Under the pieces are notes generated by a model. It was not told where the DNA came from. It was given only the letters and a program-made list of their open reading frames with translations, and did no database searches. The translations under genes were made by a program, and so were the position numbers. This document shows, one piece after another, positions 57,363 through 64,000 of a stretch of 64,000 nucleotides of DNA. The stretch spans positions 8,468 through 72,467 of the forward strand of contig CAZGIW010000003.1 of assembly GCA_964526285.1 (NCBI GenBank), in the 5' to 3' direction. Positions within the stretch are counted from its first letter, which is position 1, and each line of letters starts with the position of its first letter. Source of the stretch: an uncultured Bacteroidales bacterium. Lineage in GTDB: Bacteria > Bacteroidota > Bacteroidia > Bacteroidales > DTU049.

Positions 57363-58249
57363 ATCACCTCAGAGAGCTTGAGGCGGAGTCAATTTTTATA
57401 ATGAGAGAGGTTGCAGCTCAGTTTGAGCGCCCTGCCTTATTATTTTCAGGCGGAAAAGACAGTATTGTTATGGTACATCTGGCAGTAAAAGCATTTTGGC
57501 CTGCAAAAATTCCTTTTCCGCTTGTTCATATTGACACCGGGCATAATTTTACAGAAACAATAGAATATCGTGACAATCTGGTTGAAAAAACCGGAGCACG
57601 CCTTATTGTTGGTTCTGTTCAGGAATCTATTGACAAAGGACGCGCAACTGATGAAACCGGAATCGGTGCCAGCAGAAATGTGTTGCAAACGGTCACTCTT
57701 TTGGATACTATTGAAGAACACAAGTTTGACTGTGCACTTGGTGGTGCACGCCGCGACGAAGAAAAAGCCAGAGCAAAAGAAAGGTTTTTCTCACATAGAG
57801 ATGAATTTGGACAGTGGGACCCCAAAAACCAACGCCCTGAATTGTGGAATCTTTTCAATGGAAAAAAGAAAATTGGTGAACATTTCAGAGTATTTCCTCT
57901 CAGTAACTGGACTGAAGTGGATGTGTGGATGTATATTGCCATGGAAAATATCGAAATGCCTTCACTTTACTTTACCCACGAAAGAGATGTGTTTTTTAGA
58001 GACGGCATATGGATGGCAGTGGCTGACTGTTTGCCAATGAAAGAAACTGAAAAAGTGGAACGAAGGAAAGTTCGCTGCCGTACAATTGGAGATATCACTT
58101 GTACCGGTGTTACGCTTTCAGAAGCAAAAGACGTGAATGATATCATCGCAGAGGTGGCTGCTTCAAGAATAACAGAAAGAGGCGGAAGAGCAGATGATAA
58201 AAGATCTGAAGCTGCAATGGAAGACAGAAAGAAGGAGGGGTATTTTTAA
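57359..58249 (+). CDS. cysD: Sulfate adenylyltransferase subunit 2.
   Basis: MNHLRELEAESIFIMREVAAQF...FSGGKDS (PAPS-reductase-like PP-loop) matches CysD. I set the start to the ATG that overlaps the cysC stop in an ATGA. The track start at 57275 adds a non-conserved leader. Confidence 0.88.
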   Translation: MNHLRELEAESIFIMREVAAQFERPALLFSGGKDSIVMVHLAVKAFWPAKIPFPLVHIDTGHNFTETIEYRDNLVEKTGARLIVGSVQESIDKGRATDETGIGASRNVLQTVTLLDTIEEHKFDCALGGARRDEEKARAKERFFSHRDEFGQWDPKNQRPELWNLFNGKKKIGEHFRVFPLSNWTEVDVWMYIAMENIEMPSLYFTHERDVFFRDGIWMAVADCLPMKETEKVERRKVRCRTIGDITCTGVTLSEAKDVNDIIAEVAASRITERGGRADDKRSEAAMEDRKKEGYF

Positions 58250-58458
58250 GTAAATAGATAAAAGAACAATTGAATAAAAGAACATTTGAATTGAGAATGC
58301 AGAAGTGTTTGATTAGCTTATTAGTCCCGAGTCTTAGGCTTTCCTTTGGGATAGGGGTTCTGATCCCATCGGGACAAGTCGGGATAATTCTTATAATTGG
58401 CTATTCTCTTTAAGTAGAGCTCAATTAGAAAAATTTTTGAAAAAAAAGAGTAGAGTTT

Positions 58459-59733
58459 ATGAATGATGTTTCAAGTGAAAGTTATTTAAATATGGAGTTG
58501 TTGCGTTTTACAACTGCCGGTAGTGTTGATGACGGGAAAAGCACCCTCATCGGAAGATTGTTGTATGATACAAAATCAATTTTTGAAGATCAGTATGATG
58601 CTGTGGTTGATGCCAGCAACAGGCGTGGCGAAGAGCATGTCAATCTGGCCTTGCTCACTGATGGGCTGAGGGCTGAGCGTGAACAAGGAATTACCATTGA
58701 TGTAGCATACAGATATTTTCATACACCAAAGAGAAAATTTATAATTGCCGATACGCCAGGACATATTCAGTATACCCGCAATATGGTAACCGGTGCTTCA
58801 ACGGCAAATCTGGCTCTCATTCTTGTAGATGCACGAAAAGGGGTGATTGAGCAAACAAAACGACATTCATTTATTGCTTCATTACTACAAATTCCTCATG
58901 TAGTGGTTTGTGTAAATAAAATGGATCTGGTAGATTATAATCAAGACGTTTTTGATAACATTGTACAGGATTATAAAAACTTTTCTTCAAAGTTGGATAT
59001 AGCTGATGTTCGGTTTATTCCAATCAGTGCACTTAAAGGTGACAATGTTGTTGACCGGTCAGAAAACATGACATGGTATCAGGGTCCGACATTACTCTAT
59101 ACTTTAGAAACTGTGCATATTTCAAGTGACCACAACATGGTTGACTGTCGTTTCCCTGTGCAACATGTTGTCAGACCCTATAATGACAATTACCATGATT
59201 ATAGAGGATATGCAGGTAGAGTGGCTGGCGGAGTTTTTAAAAAAGGTGATGAGGTAATGGTATTGCCATCAGGATTTACATCAAAAATCAAATCAATAGA
59301 AACCATGGATGGTTCTGTTGAAAAAGCATTTCCTCCAATGTCGTGCACTATTCTTCTGGAAGATGAAATTGATATTAGTCGTGGAGATATGATTGTCAGA
59401 GAAAACAATCGCCCCGAAGTAACACAGGATCTTGAAGTGATGCTTTGTTGGATGAGCGAAAAACCACTTCAACCCAATGGAAAATACTTTATTCGCCATA
59501 CCACAAACGATGCCCGCTGTCTGGTGAAGGAAATACGCTATAAAGTAGATGTTAATACATTACACCGTATACTTGATTTTGATAAAATTGGATTAAATGA
59601 TATTGCAAGGATTCAGCTCAGAACAACCAAGCCTGTTTTGTGCGACAAGTACAAAAATAACCGCAACACCGGGAGTATTATTCTCATAGACGAATCTACC
59701 AATGAAACTGTAGGGGCAGGAATGGTAATCTAA
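58459..59733 (+). CDS. cysN: Sulfate adenylyltransferase subunit 1 (GTPase).
   Basis: It has the GTPase motifs [20 protein letters not shown] and NKMD. At 424 aa it has no fused APS kinase. Confidence 0.9.
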   Translation: MNDVSSESYLNMELLRFTTAGSVDDGKSTLIGRLLYDTKSIFEDQYDAVVDASNRRGEEHVNLALLTDGLRAEREQGITIDVAYRYFHTPKRKFIIADTPGHIQYTRNMVTGASTANLALILVDARKGVIEQTKRHSFIASLLQIPHVVVCVNKMDLVDYNQDVFDNIVQDYKNFSSKLDIADVRFIPISALKGDNVVDRSENMTWYQGPTLLYTLETVHISSDHNMVDCRFPVQHVVRPYNDNYHDYRGYAGRVAGGVFKKGDEVMVLPSGFTSKIKSIETMDGSVEKAFPPMSCTILLEDEIDISRGDMIVRENNRPEVTQDLEVMLCWMSEKPLQPNGKYFIRHTTNDARCLVKEIRYKVDVNTLHRILDFDKIGLNDIARIQLRTTKPVLCDKYKNNRNTGSIILIDESTNETVGAGMVI

Positions 59734-59863
59734 ACCAACAACATTATTTTTTGTAACTGCTCAGCACTATTTTAGTAAGCCACTAATAAACAAAATAATA
59801 TTGTTTCAGATTTGTGTTAACCGTTTGTTAACCCCTGGCTTCCCTGAATTAACACAAAAAGAA

Positions 59864-59871
59864 TAATTTTG
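59864..59871 (+). promoter_or_regulatory. -7 promoter box (TAnnTTTG).
   Basis: TAATTTTG lies 60 nt upstream of the ATG at 59932. Confidence 0.4.
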
Positions 59872-59931
59872 TTTATAAACTTTTTGTAATATTGTATTGT
59901 CTTAGAATTATTCCCCGACGAAAACACATTA

Positions 59932-62900
59932 ATGCAACATTTGAAACGTTTTATTTTCGTGCTTGCAGTTTTTGCACAGTCTGTTTTGTTTGTTAATCAG
60001 GCTTCTGCTCAATGCCCTGCTGTTGCTGATTTTGATTTTCAACAAATGTGTAATGCCGGGCAGGTTCATTTTAATGATCAATCTTATATTTCCGGAACAG
60101 GTTTAATTGTTGACTGGTTTTGGGATTTTGGAGATGGCACAAACTCAAATGCTCAGAATCCTATGCATGTTTTTGTTCCCGGTTCATCATACAATGTTGA
60201 ACTTACGGTGACAGATTCTTCAGGCTGTACACACTCAGTAATTATCCCTGTTTTTGTTGACCCATTGCCAGTCGCATCATTTACTTTCAACCCTAACAAT
60301 GTGTGTTCGGGATCAAGTATTTCTTTTACAAATACCAGCACAGGCACAGGGCTGACATATCACTGGGATTTTGGCGATGGGACAACCTCAACTCAGCAAA
60401 ATCCCTCACACGTTTTTACTTCTTACGGCTGTGGTGTTCAAAACTTTACTGTTACACTAACTGTGACTGATGCCCACGGATGCGTTTCTTCAGTTTCTCA
60501 TACAGTTAGCATTTTGCAACAGCCTGAAGTTCTGTTTATTGAAAACAACGGGTTCATTTTTTGTCACACTGACACAACAAATATATCAGATACTGCCATT
60601 GTTTATAATTTTTCACCAGATGCTGCGTGCATAACTTCCTACACCATTGATTGGGGCGATGGCACTCCTCCACAACTTATTGCTCCTCCTTTTGATGCAG
60701 CTAATCCTATACAACATATATACACCACACTTGGGTATTACACAGTAACAATTACTTCAGTTGGGACAAACGGATGTGTTACTGTTGATACACAAACTGC
60801 TACCATTGAAAGCAATCCTGTTGCCGTTCTTGTGGGACCTCCTATGGGAACAAATACAGGATGTGCTCCCATGCAGGTATGTGTAACAAATATCAGCCAG
60901 AATATTTCATCAACAACTCTGCTTGAGCTAAACTGGGGAGATGGAGTGACTCAAATACTGCCGCCTTCTTCAGTTGGTGATACAGTTTGTCATATTTATC
61001 ATGTGAGTGGATGCAACAACGGAGTGATGACAAACTATGCAATTACTCTAACTGCAAGCAACACTTGTGACTTTTCAAGTGTTTCATGGTCACCAATCAG
61101 AATTTATGAGCCACCTGAAGCAGAGTTTACAATAGTTGATGACAGTGTTTGTGTAAATGACCCTGTGGTTTTTATTAATATTTCTCAACCAAATAGTTGT
61201 GCATCAAACACTTTCACTTCATACACCTGGGATTTTGGTGACGGCACAACATATGGACCAACTCCTGTTCCATGGACTTCAAATCCTCAGCAAACAGTTA
61301 CTCATACCTATTCAGATACCGGTTCATACACTGTGACGTTAACAGCAACCAATAATTCCACAAATGGTTGCGGATCTACACAATACAGCATGACTGTGTA
61401 TGTGAGTGATGCATATGCCGAGTTTGCATGGGATACTGTTTGTTTTGGTGATCCAACTCAGTTTATTGATCAGTCATGGGCGCCCAATGCAACTGTTGTT
61501 GCCTGGGAATGGAACTTTGGTGATGGTGGCACATCAACTCAACAAAATCCATCTCACACATATAATTCATGGGGAGATTTCAATGCCTGCCTCATTATTA
61601 CCACCAATCTGGGATGCTCCGACACAATTTGTCACATTGTACATGTGGATACTCTTCCGTATGTGGATTTTGCTTTTGACACAGTCTGTTTCGGAGATAC
61701 AACACATTTCACAAATCTATCCTACGGATATGGCACAACCATTGTGAGCAATCAATGGTTCTTCGGAGATGGGAATTCCTCCACAGACGAGCACCCTTCT
61801 CATTTATATGGTGCTCCCGGAAATTATACAGTTACGCTTATTGTTATAGATTCAAACGGATGTACAGATACCATTCAGCATATTGTTCCTGTCAGTCCGC
61901 CACCCATTGCTGACTTTATCGCAGACACAGCCTGCTTTGGATATCCCACCGGTTTTATTTCCACTGCAACAACTGCTTTTGGAATTATAATTAGCTGGGA
62001 ATGGGATTTCGGTGATGGCTTGGGAACGGCAACAGGGCCCAACACTTCATATAATTACGGAGATACAGGAGTATATTATGTTACACATATTGTTATTACG
62101 GATATTGGATGTGTTGATACCATTGTGCTTCCAGTATATGTGAGTCCCAATCCTATTGCGGATTTTACAGCCGATACTGTTTGTGCCGGAGATATCACAA
62201 CATTTACCGATTTATCTGATGGCAACGGCACCACAATTTTATCCTGGCAATGGAACTTTGGCGACGGAAATTCATCAACTGACCAAAATCCAACACACAC
62301 ATATGCTCAGGGTGGCATCTATAATGTTACACTGATTGTAACCAACCAATTTAATTGTAGCGATACATTAATCCTGCCTGTTGTTGTGGACTCAATCCCT
62401 CTTGCAAATTTTAGTTTTATTCCAGCATGTTTGGGCTATCCGGTGTTTTTTACTGACGAATCTGTTGCTTATGGCTCTCCAATTGTAAGTTGGCAATGGA
62501 ACTTTGGGGATGGAAACACATCAACAGACCAGAATCCGACACACACCTACGGTAGTTCCGGAACATTCATGGTCACTTTGGTAGTCACCAACAGCAGTGG
62601 TTGTACTGACACAATCACACTGTCGGTTCAGGTGTATGAACCTCCGGTAGCTGATTTTATATGGAACGGCTCTTGCCTTGGCTATACCACCGATTTTACA
62701 GACACATCAACTCCCGGATCAGGAGTAATTTCAGGATGGAGTTGGGACTTTGGTGATGGATTTGGCACTTCAAACTCTCAAAACCCAACCTACACTTATT
62801 CAGGTACAGGGTTTTTTGTTGTCACCCTGATTGTTACCGACAACAACGGATGTGCCGACACAGTTGTTCACACTGTTTATGTGGGACCATTACCAACTGC

Positions 62901-64000
62901 TGACTTTACAAACACATCCGCATGTGCCGGAGACACAGTGTTTTTCACTGACTTGTCAAACGGAAACGGGCATACAATTATATCATGGCAATGGGATTTT
63001 GGAGACGGAAATTCAAGCAATCAACAACATCCTTCTCACCAGTATGGAGGTTCAGGAACATATTTTGTTCAGCTCATTGTTGAAAATGACCTTGGTTGTA
63101 CAGATACTGTTGTACATGTTGTAATTGCTGACTCACTTCCAACAGCTCAGTTTATAGCCCCTGCCGTTTGCCTGGGAGACACCATGTTTTTTGCCGATAT
63201 TTCACTGTCCAACGGAGGAACAATCGGCTCATGGCATTGGGATTTCGGCGACGGAAATACAAGTAATCAGCAAAATCCTTCCCATCTCTACGCAACAGAC
63301 GGAACATACAATGTAACTCTTGTTGTTGAAAACACCGCAGGATGTACTGACAGTATATCAATGGTTGTTTTAGTTAGACCTTTGCCTGATGCTAACTTTA
63401 ACTGGTCTTCTGCCTGTGTTAACCAACAGGTTTATTTTAATGATCTTTCATCAGGCAGCAGTGCCATTAACTCATGGCAATGGGATTTTGGTGACGGAAT
63501 CGGAACTTCCGCAATTCAGAACCCTGATTATACCTATAATGTTCTGGATACTTTTGATGTGACTCTTGTTGTGACAGATATTCACGGATGCACAAATTTT
63601 GTGACAATACCCGTCACTGTGGAAACAGTTCCCACTGCCCAATTTATTGCAGATTCAGTGTGTTTGGGTGATTTTACAACTTTCACAGACCTTTCAAACG
63701 GAAATGGATCAGTGATTACATCATGGAGCTGGGATTTTGGTGATGGAAACACTTCTGCTTTGCAAAACGACCAAAACCAATACGCATCTTCGGGGAATTT
63801 TACAGTACAACTAATTGTTTCCAATCTTGGCAACTGCGCAGACACAAGTACAGTCACGGTATTTGTCAGGCCATCCCCTCAGGCAGTTTTTTCATCTGCC
63901 AATGTTTGCGATGGTAATGCAGTGAATTTCAACGATATGTCGCTTCACAATTCTCTGAATATTCAAAACTGGTCATGGGATTTGGGTGACGGAACAAATA
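59932..64000 (+). CDS. Giant secreted tandem PKD-domain protein, with at least 16 PKD repeats; the 3' end runs off the window.
   Basis: My translation from 59932 reads MQHLKRFIFVLAVFAQSVLFVNQASAQCPAVADFDF...WFWDFGDGTNSNAQNPMHVF...VELTVTDSSGCTHS. The W-x-FGDG...QNPxHxY motif recurs in frame roughly every 245 nt (for example at 60121, 60364, 61229, 62245 and 63970). The frame is open to the window end, and the ORF track omits it because there is no stop. Confidence 0.85.
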   Translation, partial: MQHLKRFIFVLAVFAQSVLFVNQASAQCPAVADFDFQQMCNAGQVHFNDQSYISGTGLIVDWFWDFGDGTNSNAQNPMHVFVPGSSYNVELTVTDSSGCTHSVIIPVFVDPLPVASFTFNPNNVCSGSSISFTNTSTGTGLTYHWDFGDGTTSTQQNPSHVFTSYGCGVQNFTVTLTVTDAHGCVSSVSHTVSILQQPEVLFIENNGFIFCHTDTTNISDTAIVYNFSPDAACITSYTIDWGDGTPPQLIAPPFDAANPIQHIYTTLGYYTVTITSVGTNGCVTVDTQTATIESNPVAVLVGPPMGTNTGCAPMQVCVTNISQNISSTTLLELNWGDGVTQILPPSSVGDTVCHIYHVSGCNNGVMTNYAITLTASNTCDFSSVSWSPIRIYEPPEAEFTIVDDSVCVNDPVVFINISQPNSCASNTFTSYTWDFGDGTTYGPTPVPWTSNPQQTVTHTYSDTGSYTVTLTATNNSTNGCGSTQYSMTVYVSDAYAEFAWDTVCFGDPTQFIDQSWAPNATVVAWEWNFGDGGTSTQQNPSHTYNSWGDFNACLIITTNLGCSDTICHIVHVDTLPYVDFAFDTVCFGDTTHFTNLSYGYGTTIVSNQWFFGDGNSSTDEHPSHLYGAPGNYTVTLIVIDSNGCTDTIQHIVPVSPPPIADFIADTACFGYPTGFISTATTAFGIIISWEWDFGDGLGTATGPNTSYNYGDTGVYYVTHIVITDIGCVDTIVLPVYVSPNPIADFTADTVCAGDITTFTDLSDGNGTTILSWQWNFGDGNSSTDQNPTHTYAQGGIYNVTLIVTNQFNCSDTLILPVVVDSIPLANFSFIPACLGYPVFFTDESVAYGSPIVSWQWNFGDGNTSTDQNPTHTYGSSGTFMVTLVVTNSSGCTDTITLSVQVYEPPVADFIWNGSCLGYTTDFTDTSTPGSGVISGWSWDFGDGFGTSNSQNPTYTYSGTGFFVVTLIVTDNNGCADTVVHTVYVGPLPTADFTNTSACAGDTVFFTDLSNGNGHTIISWQWDFGDGNSSNQQHPSHQYGGSGTYFVQLIVENDLGCTDTVVHVVIADSLPTAQFIAPAVCLGDTMFFADISLSNGGTIGSWHWDFGDGNTSNQQNPSHLYATDGTYNVTLVVENTAGCTDSISMVVLVRPLPDANFNWSSACVNQQVYFNDLSSGSSAINSWQWDFGDGIGTSAIQNPDYTYNVLDTFDVTLVVTDIHGCTNFVTIPVTVETVPTAQFIADSVCLGDFTTFTDLSNGNGSVITSWSWDFGDGNTSALQNDQNQYASSGNFTVQLIVSNLGNCADTSTVTVFVRPSPQAVFSSANVCDGNAVNFNDMSLHNSLNIQNWSWDLGDGTN

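Noticed and set aside
1-64000. I searched for mobile-element, prophage and defence-island hallmarks: transposase, integrase, reverse transcriptase, restriction-modification, toxin-antitoxin and cas genes.
   Set aside because: None of the translated ORFs shows the corresponding motifs. The only candidate selfish gene is the DUF4143-type ATPase, which is reported separately.

Overview
This window is a low-GC, gene-dense chromosomal segment that looks Bacteroidota-like. Three things support that lineage: about 20 genes are preceded by the TAnnTTTG -7 promoter box, many secreted proteins end in T9SS (Por) C-terminal sorting domains, and a FISUMP-domain protein is present. Housekeeping genes I recognise by eye include tRNA-Leu(CAA), tRNA-Ser(GGA), pssA, lnt, mutS2, rplU-rpmA, an exbB-exbD-exbD cluster, pruA, alaS, mazG, bcp, a GH13 pullulanase, hemW and cysC-cysD-cysN. 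I found no transposase, integrase, reverse transcriptase, cas gene or phage gene. Six things seem most worth a second look. (1) A 10-kb co-directional minus-strand locus (32945-41521) combines ACP, KASIII, a ketoreductase and an Sfp-type PPTase with a GtrB-like GT2, a PseH-like GNAT, a GT-C/TPR membrane protein and two unrecognisable cytoplasmic proteins. (2) An AAA/DUF4143-type ATPase gene sits inside a ~33-bp repeat array and is flanked by ~53-bp direct repeats. (3) A 1.2-kb non-coding island contains a nested ~200-bp tandem repeat. (4) A ~150-bp structured element occurs twice in the window, and the two copies differ by compensatory stem changes. (5) Two adjacent genes have odd architectures: a PAP2 phosphatase fused in frame to a T9SS cargo, and a FISUMP protein with an internal T9SS sorting domain. 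(6) A giant tandem PKD-domain protein runs off the 3' end. All functional calls rest on motif recognition from the translations, and no database search was possible.
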